From an uncultured Planctomycetia bacterium (lineage in GTDB: Bacteria; Omnitrophota; Gorgyraeia; JABMRG01), in NCBI GenBank assembly GCA_964634945.1, contig CAZWMG010000006.1, positions 736-64,735 of the forward strand: a stretch of DNA of 64,000 nucleotides, given 5' to 3'. The notes beneath the pieces are model-generated. The model saw only the letters and a list, made by a program, of their open reading frames with translations, searched no databases and was not told where the DNA came from. How positions within the stretch are numbered: the first letter of the stretch is position 1; every line of letters starts with the position of its first letter. Made by a program: the position numbers and the translations under genes. This document shows positions 1 to 8,309 of the stretch, one piece after another.

Positions 1-1
1 A

Positions 2-469
2 ACCTCTGCCGAAGAACAAGAAAAAGAATTAAAAATAGGAAATTCATTTTATGTAAAGCTACATGGTTCGTTTAATTGGCGCAGTTCTGACCAACAGCAA
101 TTAATTATTACAGGCGAGAATAAAATTGAAAAAATAAAAACAGTTGGCCTGTTAAGTTGGTATTGGGATATTTTGCGTGATGTTTTAACTCAGGGTGATG
201 CAAAAGTACTTATTCTTGGATATGGCTTTAAGGATAAACATTTAAATCAGGTTTTAGAAAAAGCCATTTTTGAAAAAAATCTTAAGATATATATTCTTTC
301 ACCCGAGCCCTTTTCTTCTATGCGGGCAGCTGCAAAACAATATCAGTTTCATAAAGCATTGGAAGAAGGGTTAAGTGGCTATTTTCAGTCTGACCTACTT
401 GGACTTTTCCCTAGTGATCAGTCTGAAACACAACTTTTGCAAGATATCGAGGATTGTTTCTTTAAATAA
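2..469 (+). CDS. SIR2-like (SIR2_2-type) domain protein, C-terminal part; 5' end lies outside the window
   Basis: Reading frame is open from the window edge (frame starting at nt 2) to the stop at 469. Contains '...KLHGSFNW...' and C-terminal 'LILGYGFKDKHLNQVL', resembling the KLHGS and GYS-x-D motifs of bacterial SIR2_2-family proteins. Confidence 0.55.
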   Translation, partial: TSAEEQEKELKIGNSFYVKLHGSFNWRSSDQQQLIITGENKIEKIKTVGLLSWYWDILRDVLTQGDAKVLILGYGFKDKHLNQVLEKAIFEKNLKIYILSPEPFSSMRAAAKQYQFHKALEEGLSGYFQSDLLGLFPSDQSETQLLQDIEDCFFK

Positions 470-498
470 TTTGTTACTTTATGCTTTATAAATATATA

Positions 499-526
499 AA
501 TAAAAGGGGTCAGGCTCCTTTTATAA
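499..526 (+). terminator. weak hairpin plus T-run downstream of the SIR2-like gene
   Basis: 'aaaagggg tcaggc tcctttt' forms a short stem followed by a T-rich tract. Confidence 0.25.
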
Positions 527-638
527 AAGATGTAAAATTCACTAAAATTCGTGCTCAGGGGTGTCCCCTTTGGGACCGTCCCAGTTTTACATAATATATA
601 ATTCACTGCTATCTAAGCTTTACAATAAGGGGTAAAAA

Positions 639-1445
639 ATGAACTTAAATTTATCTATAAATCATTTTTTCAGATACGAATATGTGGGGCTTTTAACTCT
701 ATTTTACACTGAGCTCTACTTTCGCAATATTGGCTCTAAATTTTTAATATCAGAATTTAACCCGGCATTTATTGTTTTACTCGCTTTAATTATTGGTGCT
801 CCTATTTATTTTTTTTACAAAATATTGATTAGTGAAATAGTTATAGCTCAAATGCTCATACACCCACGCAAATCGGTACCTGCAGAATTAAGCATGAATG
901 TATTCCATTATATACAAAAAAAATACAAAATAAAACCACTTTATTCTGAAGATGCTCTTAGATTAGTGAGAACCACTTTTAAGCATAAAATGCAATCTGG
1001 GTTTCATCTACAACATTCGGAAATACATATGTGCTATCTAACTGCTGTTATTTCAATATTTTTCGGTTCTTTATTATTAAATCAGCATTATGAGTTCATA
1101 ATAGTAATGACCGGAGTTGTTTTCTTCTTGATAGGATGGCTAGCAGATATTCATCTTTGCAGGATTGAATGTGATTATCTTATACAACAGGACGAAAGTG
1201 AAATAAGATCTATTTTAGGCCAATTTCGCAAGGCTAATCTAAATAAAGAAGTAAATATGTCTTGCAATCCTAAAGAGAGTAAGTGCGGTTGTGGCTGTAT
1301 TGCATATATGCTTGGCATTATTGGAGCAGCAGTATACTATATATCAGCTGCAACTGGTTTTTGGACTGGAGCAGTAGGCCTTCTAAAATCACTGGTATGG
1401 CCAGCATTCTTAGTCTCTGGACTGCTTAAGTCTTTAGGGGCTTAG
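639..1445 (+). CDS. polytopic membrane protein of unknown function with a Gly-zipper-like C-terminus and a CGCGC motif
   Basis: 268-aa ORF with several hydrophobic helices. C-terminal segment reads 'CGCGCIAYMLGIIGAAVYYISAATGFWTGAVGLL'. A purine-rich RBS ('aagggg') precedes the ATG. Confidence 0.5.
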   Translation: MNLNLSINHFFRYEYVGLLTLFYTELYFRNIGSKFLISEFNPAFIVLLALIIGAPIYFFYKILISEIVIAQMLIHPRKSVPAELSMNVFHYIQKKYKIKPLYSEDALRLVRTTFKHKMQSGFHLQHSEIHMCYLTAVISIFFGSLLLNQHYEFIIVMTGVVFFLIGWLADIHLCRIECDYLIQQDESEIRSILGQFRKANLNKEVNMSCNPKESKCGCGCIAYMLGIIGAAVYYISAATGFWTGAVGLLKSLVWPAFLVSGLLKSLGA

Positions 1446-1649
1446 TAGAAAGGCACAAAGGAACTGTCCTTGGCTGTACACATGCTTAAATATTGATAAT
1501 ATACCAGTAATTAAAGATTATGATTATTGCGCCTATAGAGAGTCAGTAGAGGGGGTTTTGTAGTGGTTTAGAACTGTCCTTGGGTTTTGGTTTTTTATTA
1601 TTTTACCGCAAGGGGAATGGGAATAAGGGGCAAAAAAAAGGAGAGAAAA

Positions 1650-2324
1650 ATGGAAAATAATGCATCTTCAATCATTTGCAGTGCAGTGCGTGCTGTTGGA
1701 GTTATTAAACCAAAATTTGACCCAGCACAAGGAAACTTTTCGCCACCTAAGCTACGGATTGACGGAACTGGTTTTTGGCTTAAAAAGCATGAGGCTTTTA
1801 TTACATGCTCCCACGTTGTTCAAAATATTTTAGGGGCATCAATAGAGGTAGCTGGAATGCTTGTTGTTGGCGGAAATAATTTCGAATATCGCAAGGCAAC
1901 TATATCTATTATTGATGCTGTTCACGACCTAGCAGTGTTGCATGTTGAGGCAGACAAAGAATATCTTGATTCTCAAATAGCCACAGGTTTAGAAATAGCT
2001 GATCGCAACATCAACATCGCGGAGCAAGTAGCGTATGCGGGTTTCCCTTTTGGAAATGAATTGCTTAATAGTAGGCACTCTCCTACATATTCGGAGGGTG
2101 TAGTTGGTTCAGAAATACTTGAAGACACGATTCCTAAGACAATACAAATTTCTGGGTCAGTAGCCGGTGGTTACTCTGGTGCGCCTATAGCACTGAAAAG
2201 CGAGCCAAATAAGGTCATTTCTGTTTTAGCAAACTCGCCATCGAAAGAGGCAGGAGATGCAAGTATTTTTAGGGGAATCCACTGGAAGCATCTCAATAAA
2301 CTATTCGAGCTAATCAATTCCTGA
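1650..2324 (+). CDS. trypsin-like (S1/Trypsin_2-type) serine protease
   Basis: Ordered catalytic triad contexts are present: 'ITCSHVV' (His), 'HDLAVLHV' (Asp) and 'GYSGAPI' (Ser, GDSGGP-like). The internal ATG at 1650 is preceded by 'aaaaggagagaaaa'. Confidence 0.65.
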   Translation: MENNASSIICSAVRAVGVIKPKFDPAQGNFSPPKLRIDGTGFWLKKHEAFITCSHVVQNILGASIEVAGMLVVGGNNFEYRKATISIIDAVHDLAVLHVEADKEYLDSQIATGLEIADRNINIAEQVAYAGFPFGNELLNSRHSPTYSEGVVGSEILEDTIPKTIQISGSVAGGYSGAPIALKSEPNKVISVLANSPSKEAGDASIFRGIHWKHLNKLFELINS

Positions 2325-2424
2325 ACACTGACAATTCAGGAGACGGAATACTGTAAAGCGGTACACCCAAATCAACTAAAATAGGGAAATAGCATGACAA
2401 CAAAAAACGGAAAAAGAAAAGCAT

Positions 2425-2877
2425 ATGATATCACTAGGAATTGATTTACAAAAAGGTTTTGTAAGATACTCCATTCTGGCTGGGACTAAAAATAACCCAA
2501 AACTAACTAAAAAAGATCGCATTGCAATTCCTAGCATTCCTAATACCAAAAATCTGCTAAACTGGTTTGAGTCATACTTTCAATCACTCCTAAACAAGGA
2601 AAATCCAAACACGGTTTCTTACCGAGTTTCCGAAAATCCAAGCAGAAAACAATTTCCCTATTTAATATACCCATATGCTATTTTAAATTTATTGTGTTTT
2701 AGAGGTAATCTACAAATACATGAATACATAACAAGAAACATAACCCCTAAAAAACTAAGCTTCCAACCAAGTGAAGATAAGTATGTAATATGCGATAAGG
2801 TTTTTGGTAAAAACCCACCGTACTGGGATATTAGCCAAAAAAACTCAATACTTGTTGCCTGGCTATCTTTAACTTAA
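2425..2877 (+). CDS. hypothetical protein
   Basis: 150-aa ORF on the same strand and in tight array between the protease and kinase genes. No recognisable motif. Confidence 0.4.
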   Translation: MISLGIDLQKGFVRYSILAGTKNNPKLTKKDRIAIPSIPNTKNLLNWFESYFQSLLNKENPNTVSYRVSENPSRKQFPYLIYPYAILNLLCFRGNLQIHEYITRNITPKKLSFQPSEDKYVICDKVFGKNPPYWDISQKNSILVAWLSLT

Positions 2878-2889
2878 ATACACATTTTT

Positions 2890-3903
2890 ATGGAAAAAAT
2901 GATTGCTGAAAAATACAAACTTATCACTCCGCTAGGCAAAGGTAGATATGCTACAGTCTGGCTTGCAATTGACACTGCCCTACAAAGAGAGAAAGCAATT
3001 AAAATTCTAAATGCTTCTAATTCTGATGAATACATTCATGATTGCTTGGAAGAAGCAAGGACTTTGAACAAGTGTGAGCATAAGCATATTGTAAAAATTA
3101 ACGAAGCTCACAAGCATGTAGAGGGTGATAGCAAAACAGTAATTATTGACATGGAATACATAAAAAAAGGCTCTCTTGAGCAATTCATGAAGAAAGAATT
3201 TTTAACTTGTTGTTCTGCTATACAGCACACATGTGACATTTTGTTTGGACTAGAACATGCACATAATCTTGGGATAGTGCATAAAGATATTAAACCAGGA
3301 AACATAATGCTGGGCATTAATCATGCTAAGTTGTCTGATTTTGGTTTAGCTGCACGTAAAGACAAAAACCATAGCACCTACTTTAGCCATTTAGCTCCAG
3401 AATATTTTACTCAAAAAGTGCAAAATGTACAAACAGATATTTTTGCTGTCGGTATAACTTTATACAGATTACTAGCTAATGTTACTGACTGGAAGAAGTC
3501 AAAATCAACGGTTCGCAATCTTGATGCTAAAGTTAAGTCTGGCAAATTACTAAAATATTTAGAGTGGCCTCCCTATGTGCCATTAAAAATCAAAAGGCTT
3601 GTTTTGAAAGCTTCTAATCCAAACTTAACCTTACGATATGCTAATGCTTCTGCAATGCGCAGAGGATTAGAGTCTCTAAAATTTAGTATTGATTGGAAAA
3701 AAATAGGTAAAATGAGCTGGGTAGGCCGCGACATCACAAAGGATGATGAATGGAGTATTGATTGTGAAGCAAAACAGTTTATTCGAGTTATAGTAAAAAA
3801 GAACAGAAGGAGAGTAGCTAGCCATTGCGCTACTTTCCCAAATATAAAAAAAGCGGATGAATACATAAGTAACCATGTTGCGCAAACAATACTCGTCACC
3901 TAG
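2890..3903 (+). CDS. eukaryotic-like Ser/Thr protein kinase
   Basis: Kinase motifs are present: Gly loop 'GKGRYATVWLA', 'AIKIL' (VAIK), catalytic loop 'HKDIKPGNIML' (HRD-like), 'LSDFGLA' (DFG) and 'LAPEYF' (APE). Confidence 0.8.
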   Translation: MEKMIAEKYKLITPLGKGRYATVWLAIDTALQREKAIKILNASNSDEYIHDCLEEARTLNKCEHKHIVKINEAHKHVEGDSKTVIIDMEYIKKGSLEQFMKKEFLTCCSAIQHTCDILFGLEHAHNLGIVHKDIKPGNIMLGINHAKLSDFGLAARKDKNHSTYFSHLAPEYFTQKVQNVQTDIFAVGITLYRLLANVTDWKKSKSTVRNLDAKVKSGKLLKYLEWPPYVPLKIKRLVLKASNPNLTLRYANASAMRRGLESLKFSIDWKKIGKMSWVGRDITKDDEWSIDCEAKQFIRVIVKKNRRRVASHCATFPNIKKADEYISNHVAQTILVT

Positions 3904-3912
3904 AACAACAAT

Positions 3913-3946
3913 AAAAGAGGCTTGACATTGAGCCTCTTTTATTGTA
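3913..3946 (+). terminator. rho-independent terminator after the kinase gene
   Basis: 'aaaagaggc ttgacattg agcctctttt attg' is a perfect 9-10 bp stem followed by a T-run. Confidence 0.6.
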
Positions 3947-3990
3947 TATTAGTTATGAGCATATGCTTATAAGTAATAGGGGGTATAGGA

Positions 3991-4296
3991 GTGCCTAGGA
4001 AACCGATAGGAAGACCTGTAAAGACAAGGTATATCAAGGCAGAGCCGGAGATAATACAGTTCAGCCCCAGGGGCCGGCCTGGAAGGCCTGATGAGGTTGA
4101 GCTTTCTATGGATCAATATGAAGCATTAAGATTAGCGGACCATAAAATAATGCCGCATAACGCGGCTGGTAAGATCATGGGAATTTCGCGTCAGACCTTT
4201 GAGAGAATACTTAGGAAAGCTAGAAATAAAATCGCGGATGGTATTGTAAATGGCAAGATTATCAGGATTGAAGGCGGCACGGTTAAGGTTGGATAA
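3991..4296 (+). CDS. DUF134 (UPF0251) family predicted DNA-binding protein
   Basis: 'RPVKTRYIKAEPEIIQFSPRGRPG...ELSMDQYEALRLADHKIMPHNAAGKIMGISRQTFERILRKARNKIADGIV' matches the DUF134 / sigma-region-4-like HTH pattern. GTG start is preceded by 'ggggg'. Confidence 0.65.
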   Translation: MPRKPIGRPVKTRYIKAEPEIIQFSPRGRPGRPDEVELSMDQYEALRLADHKIMPHNAAGKIMGISRQTFERILRKARNKIADGIVNGKIIRIEGGTVKVG

Positions 4297-4514
4297 AAGG
4301 TAAAAGGAAAAAGGTTAAAGGTTAAAATAGAAAACTGGCAGAAAAATCGGCTTTTAGAGCTGTTAAAAAGGCTTGTGAGAGGGCTTAGAATGGACGTTCT
4401 TTTGACAGGCAGGGCAAAGATAAGCTAGATTCTTTCCGCCGTAGGCGGACTGACGCGCTTCGCACTCAGAATGGGCATAATACTAAAAATATGGTGATAT
4501 TTCAAGGAGAAAAA

Positions 4515-4838
4515 ATGGCTGAAAAAAACTTAAAAGAGTGGCAGATATTGCGCAAAAAATTGCTTGAAAATTACTTCTTTTACAGGGGTGGTTGTGAGAT
4601 AGATGGCATAGCAGTATGGCCAAAAAATATGGGGGAACATGTTGGCGTTTCCGAACGAATAGCAGAATACTGGCTAAAGGGCAAGTATATACCAACCAAG
4701 AGGCACATCACTAAAATAAGAACCTATTGTGAACGCCTAAAACCACTTCCGGAATTTTCTGCAGAAATAAAAGAATACCAGCAAGAACTTTTAAAATCAG
4801 CTGAAGGCATACTGCAAACACTCAAACTAGAAGACTAA
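4515..4838 (+). CDS. hypothetical protein
   Basis: ORF 4491..4838. The preferred start is ATG 4515 (MAEKNLKEW), preceded by 'caaggagaaaaa'. Confidence 0.4.
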   Translation: MAEKNLKEWQILRKKLLENYFFYRGGCEIDGIAVWPKNMGEHVGVSERIAEYWLKGKYIPTKRHITKIRTYCERLKPLPEFSAEIKEYQQELLKSAEGILQTLKLED

Positions 4839-5151
4839 ATCCCAGCTTAATCTCAGAATAGAAAACAAAAAAAGCACCTCTCTTTGCTTCAATATGCATA
4901 CTTCTGAATTGGACTATAATATATCTTATGTTAACTATACAGTATAGCAGCCCTTAGCGTAAGCCTTTATATCACTGCACTTATGGAGTTGTCCAGAACA
5001 CTTGTGGATATCCCTCTAAAACCCGTATCAAAGAACCTTAAAATATCTCAAGTACTATCAAGCTCTACAATCTTGTCAAGAATTTTTTTGTCAAATCGTC
5101 AAAAAATTTTCCACAAAGACAGATTAATAAAAACGTCTTGCATAAATAATT

Positions 5152-5180
5152 TTGTTGACACTTATACCTAATTCTGCTAC
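5152..5180 (+). promoter_or_regulatory. sigma70-like promoter candidate for dus
   Basis: 'TTGACA' (5152-5157), a 17-nt spacer, then 'TACTTT', about 50 nt upstream of the dus ATG. Confidence 0.35.
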
Positions 5181-5230
5181 TTTACATACACAAAACCTTA
5201 CAAAACTTTAATTTTCTGTGGATAAATATT

Positions 5231-6232
5231 ATGTTAAACATCGGATCGTATAGGCTCAAATCAAGGCTCGTTTTGGCCCCCCTTTCAGGCTGCTCTGATC
5301 TGCCATTTCGGGCAATGTGCAAGGCTCATGGCTGCAAGTTTGCGTTTTATGAGATGCTGGATGCCCATGGCTTGACCTATGGACATAAGCGCACCTTATC
5401 AATGCTGGGCTCTGACAAAGTTGACTCTCCGATTGGGGCTCAGATTTTAGGCCATGATCCTGAAAGAGTTTTAGAAGCTGCAAATATTATCATAGCCAAT
5501 TCAAAACCAAAAATAATAGATCTGAATTGCGGGTGCCCTGCCTTAAAAGTACTTAAGAAAAAGTGCGGCGCCTATCTTCTTAAAGAGCCAAGGCAGGCTG
5601 GCAAGATCATCAAGAAACTGGCATCCTCTCTCTCTATTCCTATTACAGTGAAGGTAAGAGCCGGCTGGGGTAAGGAGCATAAAAATGAGGGCTTGTTACT
5701 GGCAAAAATAGCGCAGGATAATGGCGCAAAAGGGGTATTTTTCCATGGCAGAAGCTGTTCTCAGGGGTACTCAGGAAAGACTACTTATGAGCCTATAAAA
5801 CAGGCTAAAAATGAGCTAAACATACCGGTTATTGGCAGTGGTGATATACTATCTCCTGAACTTGCTAAAGATATGCTTGATAAGACAGATTGTGATGGTA
5901 TATTAGTGGCCAGGGGCGCTTTTGGAACCCCTTGGATATTTGAACAGATAGAAAAGTACCTAAAAGACGGCCTACCTCCTTCCCCTGCGTCTTATGAAAA
6001 AATTGTAAATACAGCTAAAGAGCATTTAACTATATATAAGAATTGGAGAAAAACTACCTCAGAAAAGTACTATGTAGGACACCTAAGAAAAGTGGCGATA
6101 TGGTATTCTAAGGGCCTGCCCTACTCAAAAAGAGCGCGTGAAGACATAAGTTGCTCAAAAGGTTTTGATGAAATCATAGGTGTCTTAGATAAGCTGAAAA
6201 GTGATTATGATATCAAGTGGTTAAAAAGATAA
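5231..6232 (+). CDS. dus: tRNA-dihydrouridine synthase
   Basis: 'LAPLSGCSDLPFR' and 'IDLNCGCP' match the Dus family LAPM-AG-TD and IDxNxGCP motifs. The 333-aa length is typical. Confidence 0.85.
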   Translation: MLNIGSYRLKSRLVLAPLSGCSDLPFRAMCKAHGCKFAFYEMLDAHGLTYGHKRTLSMLGSDKVDSPIGAQILGHDPERVLEAANIIIANSKPKIIDLNCGCPALKVLKKKCGAYLLKEPRQAGKIIKKLASSLSIPITVKVRAGWGKEHKNEGLLLAKIAQDNGAKGVFFHGRSCSQGYSGKTTYEPIKQAKNELNIPVIGSGDILSPELAKDMLDKTDCDGILVARGAFGTPWIFEQIEKYLKDGLPPSPASYEKIVNTAKEHLTIYKNWRKTTSEKYYVGHLRKVAIWYSKGLPYSKRAREDISCSKGFDEIIGVLDKLKSDYDIKWLKR

Positions 6233-6260
6233 AGGATTAGGCAGAAGGATCAAGAGATAA

Positions 6261-6512
6261 TTAAGCCTGAGCTACCTTATGCAGTAATTCTGATATAAAG
6301 GTTTGGTATTTGATACCGAACTTCTTTGCCTTTTGCCTTATGCTAGCAAGATCTCCACTATTAACACGGATGTTTAATACAGCATCTTTCTTACGAGCAG
6401 CCACAGATCTTGCAATTATATCAAACTCTTTTTTTGACACATTCACATACTCTTTTTTAAGCAAAGCGTCTTCAATCGCTTTTTCATTCTTAGCTAGCTT
6501 TATTTGTCTCAT
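6261..6512 (-). CDS. brnA: BrnA-like antitoxin (RHH/CopG-like) of a type II TA pair
   Basis: 83-aa protein that overlaps the upstream toxin gene by 4 nt (ATGA). 'KYQTFISELLHKVA' is a C-terminal RHH-like segment typical of BrnA/DUF4415. Confidence 0.55.
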   Translation of the reverse strand: MRQIKLAKNEKAIEDALLKKEYVNVSKKEFDIIARSVAARKKDAVLNIRVNSGDLASIRQKAKKFGIKYQTFISELLHKVAQA

Positions 6513-6769
6513 TTTAACTTGCCCTCCTTGTAAAGCTTGGTAAATTTTCTACTCGGGTATAAAGTTTTCAAAAATATACTATCTCTATCCTCAATGTATG
6601 GCACAATCCATATATATCTTTTATAATAAAAAAGTAGTATCCTCTGATTGGACCTCTTTGGATGTTTCTTAACCGCTATAAGCTTTGCACCAATCAATTC
6701 ATCAAAAGACACAGCACGTGCCTTTTTAAGTCGTTCACTTTTTAAAATACTCCACCTAATAGTCTTCAT
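6509..6769 (-). CDS. brnT: BrnT-like toxin (DUF497 ribonuclease) of a type II TA pair
   Basis: 86 aa. 'IRWSILKSERLKKARAVSFDELIGA' resembles the BrnT N-terminus (FEWDxxKNxxNxxKHGVSFEEA). Confidence 0.6.
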   Translation of the reverse strand: MKTIRWSILKSERLKKARAVSFDELIGAKLIAVKKHPKRSNQRILLFYYKRYIWIVPYIEDRDSIFLKTLYPSRKFTKLYKEGKLK

Positions 6770-6794
6770 AAAATAGTTTCAGTATGTATACATT

Positions 6795-6808
6795 ATTGTA
6801 TATACAAT
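6795..6808 (-). promoter_or_regulatory. palindromic operator candidate upstream of brnT
   Basis: 14-nt perfect palindrome 'attgtatatacaat' about 26 nt upstream of the brnT start. Typical position for a TA autoregulation site. Confidence 0.35.
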
Positions 6809-6844
6809 ATATCAAGATTTCACATATATGTCAAGGGAAAAATC

Positions 6845-6979
6845 TGAAAGTACTCGAAGGGCCTGCCCTACTCAAAAAGAGCGCGTGAAGACATAAGCCG
6901 CTCAAAAGGTTTTGATGAAATCATAGGTGTCTTAGATAAGCTGAAAAGCGATTATGCTATTAAGTGGCTAAAAAGGTAA
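6845..6979 (+). repeat. near-identical duplicate of the dus 3' end (with an internal deletion)
   Basis: 6859..6979 matches 6112..6232 (the last ~120 nt of dus including the stop) with a few mismatches, for example 'gggcctgccctactcaaaaagagcgcgtgaagacataag...'. Confidence 0.85.
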
Positions 6980-6982
6980 AAA

Positions 6983-7255
6983 TTACAAGATTTTCCTTGA
7001 AGCCTTCTTATAGATATCTCTTCTATGCCCAACGGTTAGAACGATGATCAAGATTTGCTGATGTAAGATCTTGTATATTATACGGTAATCTCCAGAGCGG
7101 TAAGAATGCAAACCAGAAAGCCTCTTTGTTAAGCATTTTCCTATCAAAGGGTCATGGGCAATGCGCTGTATCGCGTCTTTTACTTGGCGCTTCTTCTTAG
7201 CAGATAAGGTAGTTATATTGCCTGTAGCTTCTTTTGTGAATTTAACATTATACAT
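6983..7255 (-). CDS. RelE/ParE-family toxin
   Basis: 'YRIIYKI...IIVLTVGHRRDIYKK' is the typical RelE/ParE C-terminal region. The likely start (MYNVKF, 7255) overlaps the phd stop by 8 nt. Confidence 0.6.
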   Translation of the reverse strand: MYNVKFTKEATGNITTLSAKKKRQVKDAIQRIAHDPLIGKCLTKRLSGLHSYRSGDYRIIYKILHQQILIIVLTVGHRRDIYKKASRKIL

Positions 7256-7499
7256 CACCAAAAACTTCCTCAAATGTAAAAAGCCTGCCTTCTTTTATAT
7301 CTTTTTTAGCTTTTTGGATAGAGGCTAGCATATTCTTATCAGCCATAATTTCAAGCGTCTCCAGCTCTTCCGGAGAAAGCATAACAGCCTCTGCCCTGCC
7401 ATTTCTGGTGATAATCAAGTGTTTGCCAAAATGAGCTATTTTTTTAATCAACTCAGGCAATTTGCCTCTTGCTTCTGATATAGGAACTATATAATCCAT
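7248..7499 (-). CDS. Phd/YefM-family antitoxin
   Basis: 'MDYIVPISEARGKLPELIKKI...IITRNGRAEAVMLSPEELETLEI' is Phd/YefM-like. The ATG at 7499 is preceded by 'GGAGGTGAGGCAA'. Confidence 0.65.
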   Translation of the reverse strand: MDYIVPISEARGKLPELIKKIAHFGKHLIITRNGRAEAVMLSPEELETLEIMADKNMLASIQKAKKDIKEGRLFTFEEVFGDV

Positions 7500-7520
7500 T
7501 TGCCTCACCTCCAAAGTAAT

Positions 7521-7543
7521 TGTACAATATTTTGTACAATATG
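7521..7543 (-). promoter_or_regulatory. direct-repeat operator candidate upstream of phd
   Basis: 'tgtacaatat' occurs twice (7521-7530 and 7534-7543) immediately upstream of the phd RBS. Confidence 0.35.
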
Positions 7544-7574
7544 TCAATAGCTAGTATGAAATTCCTAAAATTTA

Positions 7575-8006
7575 TTATTGAAGTTTTGATGAGTGAGAAG
7601 TAGCGCGCGTTTTCTTAAAAAATAACCAGGTATTATCTTTACCATCTTTAGGGGTAAATTTTAATAGGCAATATTGGCCTGTTAATCTCTTGCCATGCAA
7701 GTCAAATACAATCTCTTTTTTATCTGCTTTTATTAGGCCATATGTGCCTTTGTCCCATATCTCTACTGTGCCCGCGCCATAATGGCCCTGCGGTATCTCC
7801 CCTTCAAAATCAGCATAATCCAATGCATGGTCCTCAACCTTAATAGCTAGTCGCCTTACACCTGGCACTACAGGCGGTTCTTTTGGTATAGCCCAGCTTT
7901 TTAAGGCCCTTTCTCTCTCAAGCCTAAAGTCGTAATGCAGATGTGAGGCATTATGCTTTTGTACAACAAATATAAGCTGTTTGCGCTGTTTTTGATTATT
8001 TTTCAT
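7575..8006 (-). CDS. stand-alone DNA ligase D 3'-phosphoesterase (PE) domain protein
   Basis: 'FVVQKHNASHLHYDFRLE...' matches the LigD PE domain signature (QxHxA..LHYDFRLE). Confidence 0.7.
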   Translation of the reverse strand: MKNNQKQRKQLIFVVQKHNASHLHYDFRLERERALKSWAIPKEPPVVPGVRRLAIKVEDHALDYADFEGEIPQGHYGAGTVEIWDKGTYGLIKADKKEIVFDLHGKRLTGQYCLLKFTPKDGKDNTWLFFKKTRATSHSSKLQ

Positions 8007-8024
8007 ATTTGCCTAATCGTTATG

Positions 8025-8186
8025 TTAAAATTTATGGCTCACCTTAGCTCTTGGACCTTTCAATTCAAAATCTGTCTGAGTACCTAAATCCGCTGGATTG
8101 GACTTATTCTTCTTTGTCGCATGCAACTTAATTGAAGCGCAGCCACTAACAAGGGCCAATATAATAAACATAAAAAATACTCTCAT
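8025..8186 (-). CDS. small lipoprotein (about 54 aa)
   Basis: Manual translation gives MRVFFMFIILALVSGCASIKLHATKKNK...; the lipobox is 'LVSGC'. Absent from the ORF track because it is under 60 aa. Confidence 0.3.
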   Translation of the reverse strand: MRVFFMFIILALVSGCASIKLHATKKNKSNPADLGTQTDFELKGPRAKVSHKF

Positions 8187-8309
8187 ATTATAATATTATA
8201 GTTTTGTTATATAGAAATAGCAAGAATGAATTACGAATAGACATAGGAAGATTTTGTATTAGATGCTGGTTTTTAATGATATGCGATTATAATGGGAATT
8301 TTAAAAATA

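Noticed and set aside
4983-5171. 62-aa ORF between the accessory cluster and dus
   Set aside because: It lies in an AT-rich promoter region with TTGACA/TACTTT elements for dus, and has no RBS.
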